From NCBI GenBank assembly GCA_963676105.1, contig OY781039.1:300001-332000 (forward strand): 32,000 nt of DNA, read 5' to 3'. The notes beneath the pieces are model-generated. The model did no database searches. It saw nothing but the letters and a program-made list of their open reading frames with translations, and was not told the origin of the DNA. Source of the stretch: Erysipelotrichaceae bacterium. GTDB taxonomy: Bacteria; Bacillota_I; Bacilli_A; Erysipelotrichales; Erysipelotrichaceae. Shown piece by piece: positions 7,814 to 16,770 of this stretch. Each line of letters starts with the position of its first letter. Within the stretch, counting starts at the first letter, position 1. The position numbers and the translations under genes were made by a program.

Positions 7814-7903
7814 ATGGGTAGTGGATTTAGCGATATTATTTATATTAGTTTATTCCTGTTTATTGGTTTTAGTTTTTATTTTGTATTCATTAAAAAAAAG
7901 TAG
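7814..7903 (+). CDS. 29-aa hydrophobic peptide MGSGFSDIIYISLFLFIGFSFYFVFIKKK (not in ORF track)
   Basis: ATG 7814 lies 9 nt after a strong SD GAAGGAG (7798-7804), with the TAG stop at 7901-7903. The peptide has a single predicted TM helix and a KKK tail. It sits on the same strand between two operon genes. Confidence 0.5.
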   Translation: MGSGFSDIIYISLFLFIGFSFYFVFIKKK

Positions 7904-8027
7904 ATAAGGAATATAACTTATTTCATTAATTTTTAATTTCAGGTAATATCTACAAGAATTCTTAATAAAAATAAAAGTATGATTAGTTAATGTGCTAGAA
8001 CTTATCTAACAGAAGATGGTGGTATAG

Positions 8028-8537
8028 ATGATTTGGACAAAATATAAGCAATTTGGTAGAACTATTTTAATTACATTTATTGTTATTTTTTTAGCTATAA
8101 TAATTACCTTGAAAACAACTTCAAACAACAATGAAATAGAGTCAGATATATTAAAAATTATTCACAATGTCGCAAATAGGTCTTATGCTGATATCGTTTA
8201 TGTTAATTGGAAGATTAAAATTTCCAGTAATTATGAAGAGATATATTCACTTGATGATTCTGGTTGGATGGGTGATGGTTTTCGTTATCATGTTTTTCAA
8301 TATGATAGTTTTGAGAACATTCAATCTGACTTTGACTGGGAAATTGGTCCTAATAATGATATAGAGGAAAAGGTCAATGAAATAATTCTGGGATTAAATG
8401 TAGAAATTAATTATCGACCAAATTACACAATGGATTATATCTATTATCATTTAGAAGAAAATGATGATATTGATAATCTCTATTTTCTATTCTTTCCCAT
8501 AGAAAATAAACTCTATGTCATTGAAAGTTTCATATAA
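8028..8537 (+). CDS. N-terminally membrane-anchored protein, function unknown
   Basis: 169 aa with SD GGTGGT 4-5 nt upstream. It has one N-terminal TM (ILITFIVIFLAIIITL) and then an acidic, aromatic-rich soluble domain. I recognise no motif. Confidence 0.65.
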   Translation: MIWTKYKQFGRTILITFIVIFLAIIITLKTTSNNNEIESDILKIIHNVANRSYADIVYVNWKIKISSNYEEIYSLDDSGWMGDGFRYHVFQYDSFENIQSDFDWEIGPNNDIEEKVNEIILGLNVEINYRPNYTMDYIYYHLEENDDIDNLYFLFFPIENKLYVIESFI

Positions 8538-8565
8538 AAGCCCTAAATTTATTAGGGCTTGTTTT
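8538..8565. terminator. bidirectional rho-independent terminator
   Basis: Hairpin AAGCCCTAA-attta-TTAGGGCTT, with GTTTTG on the plus side and TTTTATATG on the minus side. It lies between convergent genes. Confidence 0.75.
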
Positions 8566-8576
8566 GTCGATTTAAA

Positions 8577-10220
8577 TTATTCTTTATATGCCCACTTATA
8601 AGAAGCTTTAACACCACTTAAATAGGTATAGACGTTCTTTAGACTTGGATTGGATAAGTAAATACCAGCAGCTTGATATAAGGGAACAATAGCGGCATCT
8701 TCTATCACAAGTTTTTCAGCCATTTGTAGATCTTTAAAGGCATCTAAAGTTGATTTAGATTCTGTGTTTAGTAATGCATCATATTCAGTGTTGTTATATC
8801 CTGCTAGATTATGTGCATTTGTACTAATCCATTTATCAAGGTAGGTTGTTGGCCAATCATAGTCTGGTAACCAACGAGATAGAGTTAGTTCAAAGTCTCC
8901 TGCTTGATAGATGAGTAATTTTTCAGCTAACGGTAGAGGTTTAATGGTGACAGTAACACCATAGTCTGCAAATAAAGTATTTAATTCTTGTCTAACATAT
9001 TCAATGATTAAAGCGGCAGAGGAAGTTTCATAGTTGATGATTTCAATGGTGAGATTATTATCACCGGGTTCATACCCTAATTCCTGCATACCTTCTTCAA
9101 ATAAAGTTTGCGCTAAATCTTTATTTGTAAGCATATACCCATCATTTCTATATGATTCAAATGCAATACCTTCATATGATAAATAATCACTAGGTATAAA
9201 ACTATAAGCAGGTACTGATCCATCTTTTAAAATATAGTCAGTGATATAAGTTTTATCAATTTGATAAGCAATGGCTTGTCTAATTTTTTCATTGTCAAAT
9301 AAGTCATTACCAGCTTTTTCATCAATGATTGGAGAACCATCAAGAATACCAGCATTTGCTATATTAAACATTAAATAATAAACAGCTGTGTCAGGGATTA
9401 GAATGGCATCTGCATCATCTTTTCTTTCAGCTACAAATTCTCCACTAAGTTGAACAAGATCAATTTCACCAGCATCATACAAATCTATACCAGTCGCAGT
9501 TTCATAGTTTTCGATGACGCGCCATACTATGGCTGAAGTTTTCACAACATCTGCATCCCAATAGTTATCATTTTTTGTCCAAACAAACTGTGAACCATGT
9601 GTCCACTCAGACATGACATAAGGACCGTTATACCACAGTGAATCTGCTCTGCTTCCGTAGGCTGCACCGGATGCTTCTATCGTTTCATAAGGAAGGGGAT
9701 AGGTTGTAGGGAATGTAAGAATACTTAAGAAATAAGGAACATTTTCAGATAATGTTACTGATAAAGTTTGATCATCTATTGCTTCATACGAAACAATTTT
9801 CGCAACATCTGTTAATAAGAAACCATATTGAAAGGTTTCACCTGATAATACACGATTCCAAGAGTACACAAAGTCTTGTGCTGTTACTTTTCTTTGTAAT
9901 TCACCTTGGTTGTTAACCCAATTTGCTTCGGGGTTAATATGAAAAGTCCAAGTCAGAGTTGATTCATCATATGTGTAACTATCGGCTACACCCATGACAA
10001 CTTCACCTGGAGTTTGTCCCTGCATGACTAGACCTTCCATTACATTGCCCAAGGAGTTAAATGAAATAGGATCAGTCGCATCACTGATATCTAAAGTTGG
10101 AATATCTTCGATTTCTAAAAGATGAATGATTGAAGAATTATCAACATTATTAGTAGAACAGCCAAAAAGACTGAGAATTAAGATGAGGGATATGGTATAA
10201 ATTTTCAAATTATTTGTCAT
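8577..10220 (-). CDS. ABC transporter substrate-binding lipoprotein, peptide/nickel (family 5, OppA-like)
   Basis: The start is set to ATG 10220, after GAGGAAAATATAT. Signal peptide with lipobox LSLFGC. The length (about 547 aa) and sequence blocks are typical of family-5 SBPs. Confidence 0.8.
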   Translation of the reverse strand: MTNNLKIYTISLILILSLFGCSTNNVDNSSIIHLLEIEDIPTLDISDATDPISFNSLGNVMEGLVMQGQTPGEVVMGVADSYTYDESTLTWTFHINPEANWVNNQGELQRKVTAQDFVYSWNRVLSGETFQYGFLLTDVAKIVSYEAIDDQTLSVTLSENVPYFLSILTFPTTYPLPYETIEASGAAYGSRADSLWYNGPYVMSEWTHGSQFVWTKNDNYWDADVVKTSAIVWRVIENYETATGIDLYDAGEIDLVQLSGEFVAERKDDADAILIPDTAVYYLMFNIANAGILDGSPIIDEKAGNDLFDNEKIRQAIAYQIDKTYITDYILKDGSVPAYSFIPSDYLSYEGIAFESYRNDGYMLTNKDLAQTLFEEGMQELGYEPGDNNLTIEIINYETSSAALIIEYVRQELNTLFADYGVTVTIKPLPLAEKLLIYQAGDFELTLSRWLPDYDWPTTYLDKWISTNAHNLAGYNNTEYDALLNTESKSTLDAFKDLQMAEKLVIEDAAIVPLYQAAGIYLSNPSLKNVYTYLSGVKASYKWAYKE

Positions 10221-10309
10221 ATATATTTTCCTCATAAACAAAAGAAACTACATACGAAAGTTTATATCAATGTGATAAACAAATCAATTATTTGAACTGA
10301 AATAAGATA

Positions 10310-11473
10310 TCATTCAATACAGTATTTACCAGCCGTATAACCAGTAGACATCGCAATAGTGATATTATATCCACCTGTAAGTGAATTAATGTCTAATGTT
10401 TCTCCACAAACAGATAGAGAAGGGTGTCGTTTTGATTTCATAGTTTTAGGATCTATTTCTTTTAAACTTACACCCCCAGCTGTCACAAAAGCTGTACTAA
10501 AACCACGTCGATCATGGATGTTGATAGGGAAGGCTTTTACGATGTTTGTGATTTGATTTTTAGGATAATTGTTTTGTATAAAGTTAATTAAACGTTTAGG
10601 ACATGATTTTGATAATGTTTTGATTAAGTCGGAATCATGTTGGAGTGTTTCTAAAGCAATATGTGGCACAAAATCGACTTTAACGATGATTTCATTTCCT
10701 TTATCAAAATCATCAACACAATATGAACTTGTTTGAAGTGCAGCAGGACCTGATAAACCAAAATGAGTGATTAATAAGTCGTTTTGAATAATCGTTTTCT
10801 TTTTCCCATTAATATAAGATGTCACTTTAACATCCTTAAAGGATAAACCCTGTAGTTCTTTTGTTTGAATAAAGGTATCATTGGAAACTAATGCGACTTC
10901 AGCAGGTTTTAAATCAGTAATTCGATGCCCTATTGATTTTAAGAGTTCAAAACCAGAACCATCAGATCCTGTATGTATAAAGGTTTTGCCTCCAGTCGCG
11001 AGTATACAGGCATCAAATGATATATCTTGAGCGTTTGTTTGAATTTTATGATGTTCAATATCTAAATTAATCACTTTTGTGTTTAAAAGAATATCTACAC
11101 CAAGTTGTTTTAATTCTTTTTCTAATACATTTACGATATCATCTGCTTTATTTGTGATAGGGAATAAGCGATGATGATCTTCTTCTTTGAGTTTTAAATT
11201 TCTAGATTCAAAAAATTCAATGATATTTTGTGGATTAAACTGATTTAAAGAACTATAAAGAAAGCGACCATTACGTGTTGTGTTTTTTATGATTTCATCG
11301 CTTGTAACATTTGCGGATACATTACAACGACCACCACCACTTAAGCGCATTTTTACAGCTAACTTGTCGTTGGAATCAATTAAAATAACCTGCGCATCAG
11401 GATGATGTGTTTTACTTGATATGGCAGCCATGCAACCAGCAGGACCAGCTCCAATTACAACAATCCTTTTCAT
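10310..11473 (-). CDS. NAD(P)/FAD-dependent oxidoreductase, HI0933/BaiN-like flavoprotein family
   Basis: 387 aa with the N-terminal dinucleotide fold IVVIGAGPAGCMAA and the SGGGRCNVS motif characteristic of HI0933-like proteins. Confidence 0.8.
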   Translation of the reverse strand: MKRIVVIGAGPAGCMAAISSKTHHPDAQVILIDSNDKLAVKMRLSGGGRCNVSANVTSDEIIKNTTRNGRFLYSSLNQFNPQNIIEFFESRNLKLKEEDHHRLFPITNKADDIVNVLEKELKQLGVDILLNTKVINLDIEHHKIQTNAQDISFDACILATGGKTFIHTGSDGSGFELLKSIGHRITDLKPAEVALVSNDTFIQTKELQGLSFKDVKVTSYINGKKKTIIQNDLLITHFGLSGPAALQTSSYCVDDFDKGNEIIVKVDFVPHIALETLQHDSDLIKTLSKSCPKRLINFIQNNYPKNQITNIVKAFPINIHDRRGFSTAFVTAGGVSLKEIDPKTMKSKRHPSLSVCGETLDINSLTGGYNITIAMSTGYTAGKYCIE

Positions 11474-11497
11474 ATACTCATAAGTATAAATGATTAT

Positions 11498-11523
11498 TAA
11501 AATAAAAACCGGAAATTTCCAGT
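11498..11523 (-). terminator. rho-independent terminator after the LysR gene
   Basis: The minus strand reads ACTGGAAA/TTTCCGGT as a hairpin (plus 11508-11523, one mismatch), followed by TTTTTATTTT. Confidence 0.6.
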
Positions 11524-12429
11524 TTACTTGTTTCTAAGCATATCAACGTAACGTTGAGCTAAATGAGATAATTCTTGGTTTTTCTTCCACACTAAAGTAA
11601 TACGTGATGGCGTAGATTGACCTTGAATAGGACAGATTGTAATATTTTGATTTTGTTCAAGATCCATAAAAACTTTTGCCGATGATTGCGAGATAATAGA
11701 AATCCCTAGTCCATTTAATGCCCAACTAATTGATGAAGTAATACTTTCATTTGAACATATGATCTGTGGCGCAAAGCCAAGTTCTGCACAGGCATCCACA
11801 ATTTTCTTTTCATCAATCGCATGGACGATGAGTGGTTTTGAAGAGAGTTGAGCTAAACTGATGGATTCATTAGGTATATCTTCAAACCATTTATTTAAAC
11901 CGACTGCTACAAAGTTGTTTGATGTTTTTTCTAAATAACGTTCATCCTTTAAAACAAGGTAATTATATAAACTATGATTAAAATTTTCTTTGATAATCGC
12001 GATATCAACTAAATCCTTATCTAAGTTGCTTATAGCTTGTATACTACTGGATTCATGGATTTGAAATTCGACGTTAGGTGTCGTTTTTAAAAAGTCATTA
12101 ATAGACTTTGGCAAAAATCCCATTGATATCGTCCCAATAGTACCAATTCTTAAGATTCCAGAGAAGCCTTCTTTGATATTATTGAATTCATTAATGATCG
12201 CATTGTAGTTACTTATCATAATTTTCGCATGATGAAGTAAACGTTCCCCCTCTGGTGTAATTTCCATGAGTTTTTTCTTACGTATGAAAAGCGTCACCCC
12301 TAATTCATTTTCCAAACTTTTAAGTTGATTACTTAAAGGGGGTTGAGAAATGTTAAGCACTTTTGCCGCAGATGTGATTTGTTTTTCTTCTGCGATGGTC
12401 ACAAAATATCTTAGTTGTCTTATATCCAT
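11524..12429 (-). CDS. LysR family transcriptional regulator
   Basis: 301 aa. The N-terminal wHTH is MDIRQLRYFVTIAEEKQITSAAKVLNISQPPLSNQLKSLENELGVTLF, followed by a LysR substrate-binding domain of typical length. SD GGAGGA is present. Confidence 0.88.
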   Translation of the reverse strand: MDIRQLRYFVTIAEEKQITSAAKVLNISQPPLSNQLKSLENELGVTLFIRKKKLMEITPEGERLLHHAKIMISNYNAIINEFNNIKEGFSGILRIGTIGTISMGFLPKSINDFLKTTPNVEFQIHESSSIQAISNLDKDLVDIAIIKENFNHSLYNYLVLKDERYLEKTSNNFVAVGLNKWFEDIPNESISLAQLSSKPLIVHAIDEKKIVDACAELGFAPQIICSNESITSSISWALNGLGISIISQSSAKVFMDLEQNQNITICPIQGQSTPSRITLVWKKNQELSHLAQRYVDMLRNK

Positions 12430-12614
12430 AATGATTCCTCCGATATTTTTAATTATACTATAAAGATATGAAAGTTATATATTATTATATGTAAATAGAA
12501 ATATTTTAAATTATTTTTTTAACAAAATATTTATAAACATACTATTATGTGCTTTTTCAGTATATTAATGGTTGTATAATAATTAATGTATATAGATAGA
12601 TTAAGATACTGTTT

Positions 12615-13940
12615 ATGGGAAAACAAAAAGAAGTAAAGACCAATGCATTGCTTCGTAAAAGAGAAATTGAAAACATACGAATTAGTTTAGTCGTTCGTCT
12701 TTTATACATTGCAGGTGTGGTCGCAACAGCCATATTTTATCCTCAGAATGCCTACGTTATTTATGTAAGCCTTTTTGTCTTTGCGATAAACGCAAGTTAT
12801 TTTACTTTAGCTTGGAGAAATATTTCAAAACGTAATAAAATCATGCATGTCGCGATACTTGGTTCTGTGATTGATATTATCTTTTTAGCCGTTATGCCTT
12901 GGATATGGTATATGGCAGATGGCGGAAGTACATATCCACTCGTTTTAATGATGAAAAATCCAATGTTATTCCTTAACATTATGATTCTTCTTTTAATTAA
13001 TAGCTATTCATTAAAATCCTTAGCTGTCATTATTTACTCAAGCAGTATTACAGCTATTTTAGTCATTAACCATCTATTAGTTTTACAAGATACAATGACA
13101 ACACTAACCACAAGTCGTGTTGAACATATATTATCTTATCAATATGATCCAAACATGTTTTATATGACCTTATTTGCCTTTACGATGACAAGTGCTGTTA
13201 TAACGGTAAAACTTAGACGTGATGAAAAAGTTTTGGTTGAATTTGTTGGCTATGAAGCTGATTTAATCGATGCTTTGGCTGAACGTGATTCAGCTTTTAG
13301 TCAAATTGAAGAAGCTTATATGGAAACCATTGAGCGCATTACCCGTTTAACTGAATATTATGATGCAGAAACAGGGGAACATATTAGACGTACTCGTGGT
13401 TATATAGAATTATTCTGTAAAGAGCTAGGATTAGACGAAGAACAAACTAAACATATCGCAGATGCTGCACCTTTACATGATATTGGAAAGATGGGTATTC
13501 CAGATGCTATTCTTCAAAAGAAAGGTCCACTCGATCCAGAAGAGTGGGAAATCATGAAAACTCATGCCGTTATTGGTGGTGATGCTTTAAGTGAAAGTGA
13601 AGTACCCGTTATTCAAATTGCACGGCAAATAGCATTAGGCCATCATGAGAAATTTAATGGTAAGGGTTATCCTTATGGTTTAAAAGGAGAAGAAATTCCT
13701 TTAGCAGCACGTATTATGGCAATTGCGGATGTCTATGATGCACTAAGAAGTCCAAGACCTTATAAAGAAGGTTTTGACCATAATAAAACATATCAAATTA
13801 TCACAAAAGGTGATAATCGAACACACCCTGAAGATTTCGATCCTCAAATTTTAAAGATATTTAAAGAAAACCATAAAAAATTTGAAGATATATATGATCA
13901 CTATGCAGATCAAAATCACAATCATATAAACAAAAATTAA
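12615..13940 (+). CDS. membrane-anchored HD-GYP domain protein (putative c-di-GMP phosphodiesterase)
   Basis: 441 aa with about 6 N-terminal TM segments. HD motif PLHDIGK and HHEKFNGKGYPYGL (GYP) are intact. No SD precedes the ATG. Confidence 0.85.
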   Translation: MGKQKEVKTNALLRKREIENIRISLVVRLLYIAGVVATAIFYPQNAYVIYVSLFVFAINASYFTLAWRNISKRNKIMHVAILGSVIDIIFLAVMPWIWYMADGGSTYPLVLMMKNPMLFLNIMILLLINSYSLKSLAVIIYSSSITAILVINHLLVLQDTMTTLTTSRVEHILSYQYDPNMFYMTLFAFTMTSAVITVKLRRDEKVLVEFVGYEADLIDALAERDSAFSQIEEAYMETIERITRLTEYYDAETGEHIRRTRGYIELFCKELGLDEEQTKHIADAAPLHDIGKMGIPDAILQKKGPLDPEEWEIMKTHAVIGGDALSESEVPVIQIARQIALGHHEKFNGKGYPYGLKGEEIPLAARIMAIADVYDALRSPRPYKEGFDHNKTYQIITKGDNRTHPEDFDPQILKIFKENHKKFEDIYDHYADQNHNHINKN

Positions 13941-15229
13941 TGACAAAGAAAAGCTCGAAAGATACATTTTTAAAAGAAAATCAGATTCAAGAAAAAACTT
14001 ATAGTAAAGGTTTTATTCGTAGTAATTTATCTGTTTTTTTCGCGTCTTTAATAATTTTTACTATTTTAGCTGGATGGTATCAATGGTCTGAATTCAATAA
14101 CCATAAACAAGAGATACTAGTCATGATAGATGAAAAATTAGAAGTCGCAGCATTAAATGGTGTTAGTTCTATTCATCCTGATTTTTTCAATAAAACTGCT
14201 GCACTTGAATCTATAGATGAGGATCTTTTTTACCAGGCAATTTTAAAGCTTTCGCAAATTGCGAAAAATAATAATGTTACCTACATCTATATGATGCAGA
14301 AGATAGATGATGATATTGTATTTATCTTAAGTAGTATGACAGATGAAGAATTAGCTGATCCTTCAGAAATGGTTTATTATTTAGATCCTTATGATGACGC
14401 ACCACAAGCTGTTTATGATGCCTTTGAAACAAATGAGTCGATGACCGAAGAATATACAGATCAATGGGGTACCTTTAGATCAATCTTTATCCCATTGAAA
14501 AGTGAAAATGGGGATACTTATGTAGTAGGAGCTGATATTCAATTAGATGCTCTTAATACTATAATATTTGACAGTGAAATTAATCGTACAATTAAAATGT
14601 TTGTCTTAGTTAATATTGGTTTTGCTTTATTCTTCTGGCAGCTTATCACGTCAAATCGTAGACTTCATCAAAAAAATACAAAACTCAATACAGATATTAC
14701 GGATTTAGAAGTTTCTCATAATAAAGTAACACGACAGTTATTGGTTGATGAATTAACCAATTGTTTAAATCGTCGTGCATACAATCAAAAATTAGAAGAA
14801 TTATTTATTAATTATAAAGAAACAAATGATACATTCTGTTACGCAATTATTGATATTGATGATTTTAAACACATTAATGACACCTATGGCCATGATAGAG
14901 GTGATATTGTTTTACAGAATTTAGTTGAAGTTGTTAATTTAAATATACGTGAAACTGATTTTATATTTAGAGTCGGTGGAGAAGAATTTGTGATGTTATT
15001 TCCACATACAAATCTTAAAACTGCAGAAAAAATCGCAAATCGTGTGCGCAAAGCTTGTGAGTCTGAAACCTTATTTGAAAATGAAAAAGTAACCATAAGT
15101 ATTGGTTTGGTAGAAAACCAAATTGAAGACGATGCTTATCAAATTTCTAAGCGGGCAGATGTCCTTTTATATCAAGCTAAAAACAGTGGTAAAAATAGAG
15201 TTGAATGTATTGAATGTAATCTAATGTAA
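13940..15229 (+). CDS. sensor diguanylate cyclase (TM - extracytoplasmic Cache-like domain - TM - GGDEF)
   Basis: 429 aa. The active site is RVGGEEF, with an RxxD I-site (RETD) exactly 5 residues upstream. There are two TM segments flanking a domain of about 190 aa. The start overlaps the upstream stop (TAATG). Confidence 0.88.
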   Translation: MTKKSSKDTFLKENQIQEKTYSKGFIRSNLSVFFASLIIFTILAGWYQWSEFNNHKQEILVMIDEKLEVAALNGVSSIHPDFFNKTAALESIDEDLFYQAILKLSQIAKNNNVTYIYMMQKIDDDIVFILSSMTDEELADPSEMVYYLDPYDDAPQAVYDAFETNESMTEEYTDQWGTFRSIFIPLKSENGDTYVVGADIQLDALNTIIFDSEINRTIKMFVLVNIGFALFFWQLITSNRRLHQKNTKLNTDITDLEVSHNKVTRQLLVDELTNCLNRRAYNQKLEELFINYKETNDTFCYAIIDIDDFKHINDTYGHDRGDIVLQNLVEVVNLNIRETDFIFRVGGEEFVMLFPHTNLKTAEKIANRVRKACESETLFENEKVTISIGLVENQIEDDAYQISKRADVLLYQAKNSGKNRVECIECNLM

Positions 15230-15230
15230 A

Positions 15231-15255
15231 AAGTCTGAAAAGACTTTTTATTTTT
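15231..15255 (+). terminator. rho-independent terminator
   Basis: Hairpin AAGTCT-gaaa-AGACTT followed by TTTTATTTTT. Confidence 0.7.
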
Positions 15256-15303
15256 CATCTCACTTGGTGTAAAATAGGTCTTAGCCTATGAAAGAAGGAA
15301 CCT

Positions 15304-16329
15304 ATGATTTATTTTGATAGCGATTATTTAGAGGGGGCTCATCCAAAAATTCTAGAAAAATTAGTTGAAACTAATTTTGTACAAGATGTTGGGTATGGCT
15401 ATGATCAATATACACAATCAGCCAAAGAAAAAATTCGTTTAGCATGTAAGAATCCACATGCTGAAATTCACTTTTTAGTAGGTGGAACTCAAACCAATTC
15501 TTTGGTCATCAAATCTTTCTTAAATTCATATGAAGCGGTATTATCGCCTGATAGTGGACATATTGTAGATCATGAAGCTGGTACCATTGAAGCCAATGGC
15601 CATAAAGTTATTTTACTCAAGCATTCACATGGTAAAATCCGAGCTTCTCAAATTAAAACGTATATGCAACACTTTCTTAAAGACCCTTTAAGAAATCATA
15701 TGGTACAACCTGGTTTAGTTTATATTTCACATCCAACAGAATTTGGGACACTCTATACTAAATCAGAGTTAGAAAATATCTATCGTATGGCACATGCCTA
15801 TGATTTACCGGTTTATATTGATGGTGCGCGTTTAGGTTATGGAATCATGTCCTCTAACACAGATGTTGATTTAGAAGTTATTTCAAATAACTGTGACGCC
15901 TTCTATATTGGTGGGACTAAAATTGGAGCTTTAATTGGTGAAGCACTTATTTACCCTAGACCTGGACAAATTAAACAGATCTTTACCCAAATTAAACAAC
16001 ATGGGGCACTACTCGCAAAGGGTCGAACATTAGGTATTCAATTTGATGTGTTATTTACCGATAATCTTTATTTTGAGATATCTCGTCATGCGATTTTAAT
16101 GGCAGAAAAACTAAAAGCAGGATTTAAAGATAAGGGTTATCACTTTTATCTAGATTCTTCAACAAACCAACAATTCTTGATTTTAGATAACTTAAAAATC
16201 AAGAAATTACAAAAAGACTTCTCATTTACCTTATGGCAGCCGATTGGTGTCAATAAATGGGTATGTCGATTCTGTACTTCTTGGGCAACGACAGAAGATC
16301 AGGTTAATAAATTATTAGATGCCATTTAA
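15304..16329 (+). CDS. PLP-dependent threonine aldolase / beta-eliminating lyase family enzyme
   Basis: 341 aa. The N-terminal FDSDYLEGAHPKIL, GGTQTN and GGTKIG (candidate PLP lysine) blocks are typical of low-specificity threonine aldolase-like fold-type I enzymes. SD GAAGGAA is present. Confidence 0.7.
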   Translation: MIYFDSDYLEGAHPKILEKLVETNFVQDVGYGYDQYTQSAKEKIRLACKNPHAEIHFLVGGTQTNSLVIKSFLNSYEAVLSPDSGHIVDHEAGTIEANGHKVILLKHSHGKIRASQIKTYMQHFLKDPLRNHMVQPGLVYISHPTEFGTLYTKSELENIYRMAHAYDLPVYIDGARLGYGIMSSNTDVDLEVISNNCDAFYIGGTKIGALIGEALIYPRPGQIKQIFTQIKQHGALLAKGRTLGIQFDVLFTDNLYFEISRHAILMAEKLKAGFKDKGYHFYLDSSTNQQFLILDNLKIKKLQKDFSFTLWQPIGVNKWVCRFCTSWATTEDQVNKLLDAI

Positions 16330-16330
16330 T

Positions 16331-16357
16331 AAAGCTTGGGTAACTGAGCTTTTTAAT
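16331..16357 (+). terminator. weak candidate terminator
   Basis: AAAGCT-10 nt loop-AGCTTT followed by TTTAATT. The stem is short and the loop large. Confidence 0.35.
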
Positions 16358-16407
16358 TGGCATGAAGTTTCAAACACATTAAGGTATACTTTCAAAAAGG
16401 AGATTTT

Positions 16408-16770
16408 ATGCATCATATAAGAAATCTATTTGGCTATTTTATTGCTGGCTTTTGTGCCATGTTTTTATGGGGCAAAGTTGTAGAGATTATAAATATTGGG
16501 GATTTGGGAAATTGGATAGCGGCAGTCGTAATTATTGGACCTATGTGGTATATCAACCATTATTTAGGATTGATTAGACACAGTGATGAAATGGCTTTTA
16601 TTGATATGGCATTTGGAATTGGATTTGCAGGCATTTTTAAAGCCTTATTTACAGGAACTGGGTTTGATGGCTTAATGGAAAGTATGCCAACATTTGTGTT
16701 ACTTGTCTTAGGTGGATCTTTTGGTGGATATATGGCAACTATAGTAGAAAAGAGATGGATAAAGTTATGA
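16408..16770 (+). CDS. small membrane protein, paralog A of a tandem pair
   Basis: 120 aa with about 4 hydrophobic segments and SD AAGGAG upstream. It shares AAxVIIGxxWxINH and DMAFxxG blocks with the next ORF. Confidence 0.7.
   Translation: MHHIRNLFGYFIAGFCAMFLWGKVVEIINIGDLGNWIAAVVIIGPMWYINHYLGLIRHSDEMAFIDMAFGIGFAGIFKALFTGTGFDGLMESMPTFVLLVLGGSFGGYMATIVEKRWIKL

Noticed and set aside
8167-8364. 65-aa ORF
   Set aside because: It is in an alternative frame inside the 8028-8537 gene and has no SD.
5488-8576. tRNA-targeted integrative element or genomic island
   Set aside because: There is no integrase, recombinase or phage gene. I found no downstream direct repeat of the tRNA-Gly 3' end. Only AT-richness and unknown genes support the idea, so I report it as an accessory-like operon rather than a mobile element.
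12466-12480. LysR-type T-N11-A box (ATATGAAAGTTATAT) next to the LysR gene
   Set aside because: An ATA-N9-TAT pattern is expected by chance in an intergenic region of about 15% GC, so it has no discriminating power without comparative data.
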